Assembly: GCA_965226095.1 (NCBI GenBank) | Contig: OZ245336.1 | Coordinates: forward strand, 1,481,308 to 1,545,307 | Reading direction: 5' to 3' | DNA length: 64,000 nucleotides | DNA from: Bdellovibrionales bacterium | GTDB lineage: Bacteria; Bdellovibrionota; Bdellovibrionia; Bdellovibrionales; UBA1609 | Part shown: positions 50,272 through 58,401 of the stretch, piece by piece | How the letters are laid out: each line of letters begins with the position of its first letter | How positions within the stretch are numbered: the stretch's first letter is position 1 | Made by a program: the position numbers and the translations under genes | Notes under the pieces: model-generated | The model's database searches: none | Told to the model about the DNA's origin: nothing | Seen by the model: only the letters and a program-made list of their open reading frames with translations

Positions 50272-50325
50272 AAATAATTTAAAGTTCTTTAAGATCATGT
50301 CAATATACTTATAAAGAGGTAAGTA

Positions 50326-50733
50326 ATGAAAATATCTGGAAAGATACTAATAACTGTATTGGCATTGATTAGTGTATTTTATTTTTATGTCCAATTTCCA
50401 AAAAGTGCCTTTTATAGCAAAATTTTTTATAGGAAATGTGACTCCCATAAAACTGATCTTGAACTTGAAAAACTTGGAAAACAATTTTCTGTTCTAACTG
50501 AAAACTGGGAAAACAATAAAAACCCTATAAATATAGATCATTATTTTAAAATGAAAGAAGCAGAAAAAGATCTTTTTAGTGCTGAACCATGCTTTGAAAA
50601 GATCAATAAAAAAATTAACAGTTTAGGTATAACAGATATGAAGAATGAAAGTCAGAGAGTAAAATGTTTATTTACAAGGGAACTTATAAAGTGTTATAAA
50701 AAAGCGATTAAAATAATGCAGAGATATTTATAA
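50326..50733 (+). CDS. hypothetical membrane-anchored protein
   Basis: 135 aa. N-terminal TM (ILITVLALISVFYFYV). RBS-like agaggtaag upstream. No recognisable domain. Confidence 0.4.
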   Translation: MKISGKILITVLALISVFYFYVQFPKSAFYSKIFYRKCDSHKTDLELEKLGKQFSVLTENWENNKNPINIDHYFKMKEAEKDLFSAEPCFEKINKKINSLGITDMKNESQRVKCLFTRELIKCYKKAIKIMQRYL

Positions 50734-50929
50734 AAATTATCTTTGCTAATCGATCAATCTTTTTTATTTCATGAATAACTGCATCTAATCTGTTTTTAGT
50801 AGAGGCTTCTATCTCTAATCCATTATCAATAGGAAACCAATATACTCCCTCAATTTGTAAGCGCACATCCCCTAATTTGTTCTTATTATCAGGGTCAGGA
50901 TAGTAATTTGCTCTATATCTTTTATCCAT
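50708..50929 (-). CDS. small hypothetical protein
   Basis: 73 aa. Strong RBS (aaaggagaa, 5 nt before the ATG). Convergent 26-nt overlap with the previous gene. No recognisable domain. Confidence 0.4.
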   Translation of the reverse strand: MDKRYRANYYPDPDNKNKLGDVRLQIEGVYWFPIDNGLEIEASTKNRLDAVIHEIKKIDRLAKIIFINISALF

Positions 50930-51004
50930 TATTTTCTCCTTTATTACTTAATGAAAGTAAGAATTGTATTCATAAACTTATCAGTTGATCAAATATTTTT
51001 TTTA

Positions 51005-51431
51005 ATGACTGGATTGCGGCTCAAGGCCGCAATGACAGGCGCATGCAGGAATGACGGTTGAGACAGGAATGACGGGGTTACAGGAATGATGGGCTTGTAG
51101 TCACTAAGTAACTTTTTCTGGATTCCGGCTCAAGGCCGGAATGACGACTGAGGTAGGAATGACAATTTGTTTTCTGGATTCCGGCTCAAGGCCGCAATGA
51201 CAGCTTTACTGGATTGCGGCTCAAGGCCGCAATGACGAGTACACGCAGGAATGAAAGGTGGGTGCAGAAATGAAAAGTGGATTCCGGCTCAAGGCCGGAA
51301 TGACGACTGAGGCAGGAATGAAAGGTGGATTGCGGCTCAAGGCCGGAATGACGAGCACGCGCAGGGATGAAAGGTGGATTGCGGCTCAAGGCAGGAATGA
51401 AAGGTGGATTGCGGCTCAAGGCCGGAATGAC
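51005..51431 (-). repeat. dense array of 8 hairpin repeat units plus half-sites (reverse orientation) abutting the ftsK stop
   Basis: Eight copies of (c/g)tggatt(c/g)cggctcaaggcc(g)(g/c)aatgac, separated by 20-80 bp that contain caggaatga(c/a) half-sites. Arm variants ATTCCGGC and ATTGCGGC mostly co-vary with their partners. Confidence 0.95.
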
Positions 51432-51437
51432 AAAGAA

Positions 51438-53726
51438 TTACTTTTGCTCTAGGACTTCGCGGGGTTTGCTGCCGCGGGCGGGGCCGATGATTCCTTCTTC
51501 TTCTAACCTGTCAATCAATCTCGCGGCTCTTGGATAACCTAAACCATACTTCCTCTGTAAATGGGAAACACTTACCTCTTTTAAATCAGATACATAATTA
51601 AATATTTCCATGTACTTCTCATCCTCCTGATCAGGAAACAGAGGCATCAAACCACCTTTGGAAGCCTTCTTCTCATTAAATAAAATGGGATAGGAAACTT
51701 TTCCCGCCTGCTTTTTCCAAAACTTCACAACTGCAATCAAATCTTTCTCCCGTACATAAGGACCATGAAAACGCGTAGGCTGTGCCTGCCCAGGACCCAA
51801 GTAAAGCATGTCCCCCTGAGCTAACAATCTTTCCGCTCCACCCTCATCCAATATAATTCTTGAATCAATCCTGGAAGACACTTTAAAACTAATACGACCT
51901 GGAATATTGGTTTTAATCAAACCCGTTACCACATCCTTCCTCGGACTCTGCATACATAAAATCAAATGCATTCCACAAGCCCTGGCCATCTGAGCCAAAC
52001 GCACTACACAGTTCTCCACCTGATTTCTCTCAGGCCCACTCATCAAATCACCAAACTCCTCCAACACCATACAAATATAAGGCTGAGGAGAAATGTAAAA
52101 ACTCTCTTCCAGATTATCTATGGATGCTAACTCCTCCTGATAACTTTTAAGCTCTGACTTTTTTAAACTTTTTATTTTTTCATTAAAACTCTGTAAATCC
52201 CTCACCTGAAAATGCGCCAAAGAACGATAACGTTTTTCCATCTCCCTGATACACCAATGTAAAGCCGTGATCACCTTTTTGGATTCACACACCGGAGGCG
52301 CCAGCAAATGAGGAAGACCAGTAAATAAAGTTAAGTCTACACGCTTGGGATCCACCAACAACAACCTTAGAGTTTCAGGAGAATGACGAAATAATAAACT
52401 GAGTAAAAACGACACCACAAAAACAGATTTACCGGAACCAGTAGAACCAGCCACCATGAGATGAGGAATTTTTCGCAAATCCACAACAGCCGGACGACCA
52501 TTCACCTGACGACCTAAAACCAAAGGCAACAACATATCTTTTTGCCAAAACAAAGGATCATCAAGCAAATTTTTTAAATGAACCGTTTGTCTCTTGGCAT
52601 GAGCCGTTTCAATTCCCACTACATCCCGCCCAGGAATGGGCGCAATGATTCGAATGGATTCACTTTTTAAAGCAATCATTAAATCATCTTCCATCTGTGT
52701 AATGCGAGCAATTTTCACATGATCATCGGGTTTAAATTCAAATAATGTAATTATCGGTCCATAATGAATCCTTGTAATTTCTCCGGAAATAGAAAACTGA
52801 TCCAATTTTTTCCTTAAGCACTCCGCATCTTCCGCCAACTCAACCTCGTCCGGTTGCAAAGAAGCATAAGGAGGTGCTTGCAGTAATTTTGTTTCCGGAA
52901 ATTTCCAGTCAATACTGACAGGCTCTTCAATTAATAAATTTAAATCCTCTTTAGAGTCTTCATCGATGACAGAATCAGAGCCATACTCTTCCGGTGTAAT
53001 CGTTAGATCATCTGATAGATCCAATTTTCCTTCTTCTGTATCCTGATCCAAATCCCAATACGAATGCTCCGGATTACGCCACCTTCTTCCACTCACCACA
53101 GAAATAAGTGTATGAATACCATTCACACAAACAGACACCCCTTTTTGTGAATAAAATATAAGTCCCTGTCCGGAGTGTTTTAAAAACTTTAAGCTATTTA
53201 AAAAAACAACAAAGGGAGGGCTTTTCGTATAGATTGTCAGTAACATCAAAAAACTGAACCACAACAAAACAAACAAACCAAAGAAATGCAGATAAGGTTC
53301 CGCTCGCTGTACAACTGTTTTCCCTAAAATTCCACCGGAGGCAATATAACCTTGAAAAAATGTTTTTCCATACTCCGGTAGATGTAACTCCACCAAAGAA
53401 GAACAAGTCACCAAAGTGAGGCTGACAAAAAACCACTTTTTCCAAGCACTCACATTTAAGTCTTTTCTCTGAAAAGCCGCCATGGAATTTTTAAAAGCTG
53501 TTAACACCAATACCCATGCCCCATGACCAAACATCTGATAAAAGATATCCGCTATAAAAGAACCTAAATAACCACACTTGTTTTGCACCAGGCCAGTAGA
53601 ACCAATAGAGTTAAAAGAAGGATCCATGGGATTGTAGCTACTCATAGCCAGTGCTAGAAAAAGACCTGTCGCCAGCCAAAAAAGACCGGCTATATCTGCC
53701 CGATAACCATATAAAGCTTTTTTCAT
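51438..53726 (-). CDS. ftsK: DNA translocase FtsK/SpoIIIE
   Basis: N-terminal TM segments. Motor domain with Walker A VAGSTGSGKSV. C-terminal winged-helix gamma domain (LQRKYGLGYPRAARLIDRLEEEGIIGP). Start placed at the ATG at 53726 (MKKALYGYRADIAGL...). Confidence 0.93.
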   Translation of the reverse strand: MKKALYGYRADIAGLFWLATGLFLALAMSSYNPMDPSFNSIGSTGLVQNKCGYLGSFIADIFYQMFGHGAWVLVLTAFKNSMAAFQRKDLNVSAWKKWFFVSLTLVTCSSLVELHLPEYGKTFFQGYIASGGILGKTVVQRAEPYLHFFGLFVLLWFSFLMLLTIYTKSPPFVVFLNSLKFLKHSGQGLIFYSQKGVSVCVNGIHTLISVVSGRRWRNPEHSYWDLDQDTEEGKLDLSDDLTITPEEYGSDSVIDEDSKEDLNLLIEEPVSIDWKFPETKLLQAPPYASLQPDEVELAEDAECLRKKLDQFSISGEITRIHYGPIITLFEFKPDDHVKIARITQMEDDLMIALKSESIRIIAPIPGRDVVGIETAHAKRQTVHLKNLLDDPLFWQKDMLLPLVLGRQVNGRPAVVDLRKIPHLMVAGSTGSGKSVFVVSFLLSLLFRHSPETLRLLLVDPKRVDLTLFTGLPHLLAPPVCESKKVITALHWCIREMEKRYRSLAHFQVRDLQSFNEKIKSLKKSELKSYQEELASIDNLEESFYISPQPYICMVLEEFGDLMSGPERNQVENCVVRLAQMARACGMHLILCMQSPRKDVVTGLIKTNIPGRISFKVSSRIDSRIILDEGGAERLLAQGDMLYLGPGQAQPTRFHGPYVREKDLIAVVKFWKKQAGKVSYPILFNEKKASKGGLMPLFPDQEDEKYMEIFNYVSDLKEVSVSHLQRKYGLGYPRAARLIDRLEEEGIIGPARGSKPREVLEQK

Positions 53727-53836
53727 TAGTAAACAGTTTAAAAAAAGCTTGGAAAGAACAAAAGTCCATTTTATTAAAAACTTCAATTGTGCTACATTGG
53801 CAAAACCAAATCACACCAAATAAGGAATATAATAGA

Positions 53837-55207
53837 ATGAACTCAGAGAAAAGCTTCCCTAATTTACCCTCTGCTTTGGAAGCAGAACGATTTATACTGG
53901 GAACCTTACTCACCAATGGACAGGAAACATGGGATGAAGTGATGGAAATTCTTAAACCTGAGGATTTTTATAAAACTTCCCATAAGGAAATATTTTCCTG
54001 CATGGAAAAACTACATAAAACCGGTGGAACAGGTGATGTACTGCTCCTATCTGACGAACTGAAAAAAGCACAAAAACTGGACAGTATAGGAGGAGATATC
54101 TATCTGGTGGATCTGGTAAAAGAAAGTACCTCTTCTGTCAGCGCTGCTGACTGTGCAAAAATTATCCGCGAAAAACATGTTTTAAGAAAAATTATTCATT
54201 TATGTGCTGGTTTCAGTCAGAAAGCCTTTAGTCAAAACTACGATCAGCTGGATGCATTTCTTGATTCCTTGGAAAGAGACCTCTTCCAATTCACAGATAA
54301 ACTGCAAGATCATCAACTTTTACCAGTGAATGACCTTATTAAAGATAGCCTGGATAAACTGGAAGATCTTCATCACAAGAAACTCAGTGTCACAGGAGTA
54401 TCCTCCTCTTTTACAGAATTAGACCACCTAACATCCGGTTTTCAGCCAGGAGAATTGACGATTATCGCCGCCCGCCCCTCTATGGGAAAAACAGCTCTCA
54501 GCCTAAATATGGCTCTATCAGCCAGCTTAAATAAAAAAACTATAGCCTTCTTCTCAGTTGAGATGGCCAAAGAACAAATTCTCATGCGGCTTCTTTCTCT
54601 AGCTGGCAAAGTGCCTTTATCCAACTTAAGAACCGGACAAATTGCCTCTTCAGAATGGGATCAATTAGTGCACGCCGCATCAAAACTGAGTGAAACACAA
54701 TTCTTTATTGATGATTCTTCAGCTCTTTCTCCTTTTGACATACGTTCCCGAGCCAGAAGAATGAAAGCTCGTTACGGCCTTGATCTTCTCATTGTAGATT
54801 ATCTCCAGTTAATGACCTTAAAATCCTCTATGGAAAGCCGGGAAAGAGAAGTATCTGAAATTTCCCGTTTATTAAAGGCAATGGCCAAAGAACTGGAAAT
54901 TCCAGTGATCGCCTTATCCCAACTTAATCGTGGAGTGGAAGGACGTACCAATCGTCGTCCTCTGCTATCAGATTTACGAGAAAGCGGCTCCATTGAACAG
55001 GACGCAGATGTGATCATGATGCTTTATCGAGATGATTATTACAACAGCAACAGTGATAAAAAAGGCCAAGCTGATCTTATTTTAAGTAAACAAAGAAATG
55101 GTCCCACCGGTACTGTCCACCTAAGATGGAATCCTATTTATGGTGCATTTGAAAATTTTATTCCCATGGAAGAAGAAATGGCGGCGCCGCCACCCACACC
55201 GTTTTAA
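53837..55207 (+). CDS. dnaB: replicative DNA helicase DnaB
   Basis: ATG at 53837 after aaggaa. N-terminus PSALEAERFILGTLL. Walker A ARPSMGKTA. LIVDYLQL, SQLNR and ADVIMMLYRDDYY motifs. Confidence 0.95.
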   Translation: MNSEKSFPNLPSALEAERFILGTLLTNGQETWDEVMEILKPEDFYKTSHKEIFSCMEKLHKTGGTGDVLLLSDELKKAQKLDSIGGDIYLVDLVKESTSSVSAADCAKIIREKHVLRKIIHLCAGFSQKAFSQNYDQLDAFLDSLERDLFQFTDKLQDHQLLPVNDLIKDSLDKLEDLHHKKLSVTGVSSSFTELDHLTSGFQPGELTIIAARPSMGKTALSLNMALSASLNKKTIAFFSVEMAKEQILMRLLSLAGKVPLSNLRTGQIASSEWDQLVHAASKLSETQFFIDDSSALSPFDIRSRARRMKARYGLDLLIVDYLQLMTLKSSMESREREVSEISRLLKAMAKELEIPVIALSQLNRGVEGRTNRRPLLSDLRESGSIEQDADVIMMLYRDDYYNSNSDKKGQADLILSKQRNGPTGTVHLRWNPIYGAFENFIPMEEEMAAPPPTPF

Positions 55208-55797
55208 GATTTTGATTTTGTTTCCTGTGACTGTGCTTCCACTGGGGTTTTTTCTGTTTCTTCTGATGAAGTATCAGCTATTTTCTTAAAAAACTTCGCT
55301 ATTTTACTTGATTTTTTACCTTCTTCAGCATGTTCTGCTGTCTTCTTTACAGAAAGAACAGGAATAATATTTATGGTGATCTCTGTTTTTAAATCACCAC
55401 CCATATCCACCGACACCTGGTGCTCACCAACTACCTTCAAAGGTTTTTCCAGTTTAATAGCTCTCTTATCCACTTCATAGTTTTGCTCTTCCAGCTTTTT
55501 GGAAATTGCAAACGCAGAGACCGAACCAAACAAGCGACCCGCTGTATCCGCCTCTTTTTTAAAATCCAACTTTAAACCCTTAATTTTTGCAACCAAAGCC
55601 TCTCTCAAACTTAAAGCTTTCTTTTTTTTAGCTTCAATTAATTGTTTTTGATGTTGCACCTGCGCCTTTGTCCCAGTTCTGACAGGCATGGCCCATTTTT
55701 TAGGAAATAAAAAATTACGAGCATAACCAGCTTTTACAGAAACAATATCTCCAGTATAACCCAAACTTTTAACATCTTTTTGCAAAATCACCTGCAT
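55204..55797 (-). CDS. rplI: 50S ribosomal protein L9 with extended acidic/Lys-rich C-terminal tail
   Basis: MQVILQKDVKSLGYTGDIVSVKAGYARNFLFPKKWA. 197 aa, against roughly 150 aa for a typical L9. Confidence 0.93.
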   Translation of the reverse strand: MQVILQKDVKSLGYTGDIVSVKAGYARNFLFPKKWAMPVRTGTKAQVQHQKQLIEAKKKKALSLREALVAKIKGLKLDFKKEADTAGRLFGSVSAFAISKKLEEQNYEVDKRAIKLEKPLKVVGEHQVSVDMGGDLKTEITINIIPVLSVKKTAEHAEEGKKSSKIAKFFKKIADTSSEETEKTPVEAQSQETKSKS

Positions 55798-55799
55798 AT

Positions 55800-56339
55800 T
55801 TATACTCTTTCTGGCCTTCTATCATCTGGTCTTCTATCATTTGGTCTTCTATCATCTGGTCTTCTATCATCTGGTCTTCTATCAAATGAGGAGCCCATTT
55901 TTTTTCTCTGCTGAAGACGGGTTAACCTCTCTTTCTCTTTTTTAAGAGAGTTCTCTACACTTTGTCTAAACTGCTCTAAATGCTCTTTTAATGAACGCCG
56001 AGGATGCAGTTTTTCAAAATGATGATAAATGCTTTGATCCTGCATTTTTATAATTCTTGTTAACTCAGTCACTACACCAGCATCACCGTTAAAGGAAAAA
56101 TGAAAATAGAGACCTTGTGAATAACCTTTTGTATTATGATTAGCTAATTTTCTTAAGCCCCAAGTGTCTACATGATGAACACTCCCTTTAAACTGTACGA
56201 TAATTTCCTTAATTTTTTGAAAAAAACCATTTTGTTGTTCCTGACTCATATCAGGAGCCATAACTAAGATAGATTCATAAGCAGGAATCGAGTCAATTTT
56301 GTTCACTTTTTTTATCCTTTCGTCAAATTTTTTTAACAC
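55800..56339 (-). CDS. rpsF: 30S ribosomal protein S6 with N-terminal extension and C-terminal (RRPDD)5 repeat tail
   Basis: Core YESILVMAPDMSQEQ...VHHVDTWGLRKLA matches S6. The tail is FDRRPDDRRPDDRRPNDRRPDDRRPERV. Confidence 0.85.
   Translation of the reverse strand: MLKKFDERIKKVNKIDSIPAYESILVMAPDMSQEQQNGFFQKIKEIIVQFKGSVHHVDTWGLRKLANHNTKGYSQGLYFHFSFNGDAGVVTELTRIIKMQDQSIYHHFEKLHPRRSLKEHLEQFRQSVENSLKKEKERLTRLQQRKKMGSSFDRRPDDRRPDDRRPNDRRPDDRRPERV
55813..55887 (-). repeat. 15-bp tandem repeat x5 encoding RRPDD units in the rpsF tail
   Basis: Plus-strand units gg(c/t)cttctatca(t/a)(c/t/a)t repeat head-to-tail five times. Confidence 0.9.
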
Positions 56340-56401
56340 AGAGAGTTTAAATCAGCAAGTCTTCTTAGAGTATCTCTGTACTTTTTAGTATAATACCAAA
56401 A

Positions 56402-57094
56402 ATGAAGATTCAGTTTATCAATGGTCCCAACCAGGGAAAGCAATTTAAAGTCCAAGCCGGCCTGATTTTAAGCCGGAAAAAACTAAAAAAAGGGGATATT
56501 GCTGTTCTAGATCCTAAAGCTTCTTCCCCTCATGCAGAAATTATAAAAAAAAGAAAATCTTTTTATTTAAAAGATCTAGATTCTAAAAACGGTACCTGTG
56601 TCGATGAAGAGGTTAACGACCTGTTTACACTCAAACCCGGTACGACATTTTTTATTGGAGAGACCGGCTTTCAAGTGATGGATTCCCCTCCTCCCAAGCC
56701 AAAACAAGTTATAAAAAAGACATGGCAGGAAACCATTACAGAGGAATTAAACAAACACTTAAAACAAATCAAAGATCCACCTGCACAAGAGATGTTACCC
56801 ATCTATCCCACACTAAAGCTCACATTTAAATCCGGATCCCAAAAAGGGGATGTATGGCATGTGTATTACGGTCCACGACAAAGTGGAAGCGCCAGTGTAG
56901 ATCTACCTATTTTGGATCCTTCAGTTCCCGGGATATGCTTTTCTCTTCATCCTGTCAGCGGAGGAGGAGTCTTGTTTAAAACCACTTTCCCGGACAAGGT
57001 GCTTTTGAATAAAAAGCACCAGAATAGAAAGAATTTAAAAGATGGTGATCTTATTTCTGTCGCTGATACTTTGATTGAAGTTAGTTTTCTTTAG
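56402..57094 (+). CDS. FHA-domain protein (N-terminal FHA plus a second FHA-like module)
   Basis: 230 aa. First module: ILSRKK...DPKASSPHAEI...LKDLDSKNGTCVDEE...GETGFQV. Second module: SASVDLPILDPSVPGICFSL...DGDLISVADTLIEV. Confidence 0.75.
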   Translation: MKIQFINGPNQGKQFKVQAGLILSRKKLKKGDIAVLDPKASSPHAEIIKKRKSFYLKDLDSKNGTCVDEEVNDLFTLKPGTTFFIGETGFQVMDSPPPKPKQVIKKTWQETITEELNKHLKQIKDPPAQEMLPIYPTLKLTFKSGSQKGDVWHVYYGPRQSGSASVDLPILDPSVPGICFSLHPVSGGGVLFKTTFPDKVLLNKKHQNRKNLKDGDLISVADTLIEVSFL

Positions 57095-58305
57095 CAGTCT
57101 GGATATTCACAGTGATCAAAGTCACAGTTGTTATAATCCATATGGCAACTGCCGCCTGTAGTACCTGTTGTAGTAGTACCTGTCGTTGCACCTGTTGTTG
57201 CACCTGTTGTTGCACCTGTCGTAGTGCTTGCACTTAAGCCTAAATTTAAATTACCATCGTTCCAATTGTCCTTTAACTTATCACAAGCGGCATCAGACCA
57301 TTCATCTGCATCTCTTCTCTCAAGATCTAAACCACCCTCATCAATAGGAGCTTTAATAAAATCATCTACTTCACTATCATTTAGAATGTGTGCCACATTT
57401 TCCCTTAGATCTTCAGGGTCAAATTCATCAACATCCACAAGGCTGGCAACATGGCAATAAACACCTAGAATACAAGCCTGTAAATTAAATTCCTTTTCTG
57501 CCTCTGCTGTGTTTGCGTAAGTACTTGACGCCTTAGGACGATTGGATTCTTTACACACTTTTTTCATTAAAATTAATTCATGAACAAATTGAAAAGCCTC
57601 AGAATTACTTGAACCATCATTTTCTGAAAGATAAAGAAGAGCCGGAAGCTCTTCATCGTCATCATCCATAGATACATCCCTTTTAAAACCTTCGAGAAGA
57701 TTTTCTGATGTGACATCATCATTACCCCCTAAAGAAGAAAAAAGCTGCTCCATAAATTCTTTTTGAGGCTTATCTGCTATGAAGTAAGAACTGATATCCT
57801 CATCCACCACCCACGTAAAAGCAATTTCTGCTCTACTACTGCTATAGTCTTCAATTTTTTCCACTAATGGATCAGGACCTATTTTCAACAAGATACATAA
57901 CAACTGTGTATCCGCATCAGGTAAATCATCTTCATTGGGCCGATCAAAAACATCTTCCACCATTTCCTCTATATCAAAAATGATCTCTGGTTCATATTTC
58001 AAACAATTTTTACGGGCATCCCCATTGAATAACCTGCCACAAACTTGTTTACATGTTCTACCATCCTTATTCTCACCTTGATAATATTCACAATAACTGG
58101 TATTTTTATTACATTGATCATCTTCACACTTATCAACCTTATCAGATGAACATTTAGCACGACGATTGTGCATGATTGGTTCACCATCTGTGCCTCCATC
58201 GCCTGTCGGCCTTATAGTTTGTAATCCACTGTCCTCACAACTGGATACAGTAAATAGAATAGGCACCATCAATACAGTAGATATAATAATAATAATAAAT
58301 TTCAT
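57091..58305 (-). CDS. Cys-rich putative lipoprotein, paralogous family member 1 of 6
   Basis: 404 aa. Signal peptide with lipobox-like FTVSSC. Family motifs C-x3-C-x3-F (CKQVCGRLF), LCILL, AEIAFTWVV, FQFVHELI, ACILGVYC, DFIKAPIDEGGL, DAACDKLKDNW...LNLGL. Unique (GATT)n plus Cys-rich tail. Confidence 0.7.
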   Translation of the reverse strand: MKFIIIIISTVLMVPILFTVSSCEDSGLQTIRPTGDGGTDGEPIMHNRRAKCSSDKVDKCEDDQCNKNTSYCEYYQGENKDGRTCKQVCGRLFNGDARKNCLKYEPEIIFDIEEMVEDVFDRPNEDDLPDADTQLLCILLKIGPDPLVEKIEDYSSSRAEIAFTWVVDEDISSYFIADKPQKEFMEQLFSSLGGNDDVTSENLLEGFKRDVSMDDDDEELPALLYLSENDGSSNSEAFQFVHELILMKKVCKESNRPKASSTYANTAEAEKEFNLQACILGVYCHVASLVDVDEFDPEDLRENVAHILNDSEVDDFIKAPIDEGGLDLERRDADEWSDAACDKLKDNWNDGNLNLGLSASTTTGATTGATTGATTGTTTTGTTGGSCHMDYNNCDFDHCEYPDC

Positions 58306-58327
58306 TCCTCACTCCGAAGTATTGATT

Positions 58328-58384
58328 GGCGATCTTATTTCAATTGCTGATACCTTGATTGAGGTCAGTTTTTCAACAAAGTAG
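58328..58384 (+). pseudogene. relic copy of the 3' end of the FHA gene (56402..57094)
   Basis: ggcgatcttatttcaattgctgataccttgattgaggtcagtttt aligns with ggtgatcttatttctgtcgctgatactttgattgaagttagtttt at 57044-57088. Translation is GDLISIADTLIEVSF vs GDLISVADTLIEVSF. There is no upstream coding part. Confidence 0.8.
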
Positions 58385-58401
58385 TAATTTATCTACAAGA
58401 C

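Noticed and set aside
51005-51431. Possible CRISPR array, given many short direct repeats at semi-regular spacing
   Set aside because: The repeats are about 28-bp hairpins of the same family that is scattered singly elsewhere. The spacers are irregular (about 20-80 bp) and themselves contain half-repeats. No cas genes or leader are present.
51186-51452. 77-aa and 64-aa ORFs within the repeat array
   Set aside because: Their sequences (…SRNPPFIPA…, …RLKAGMT…) are repetitive translations of the hairpin units and carry no RBS.
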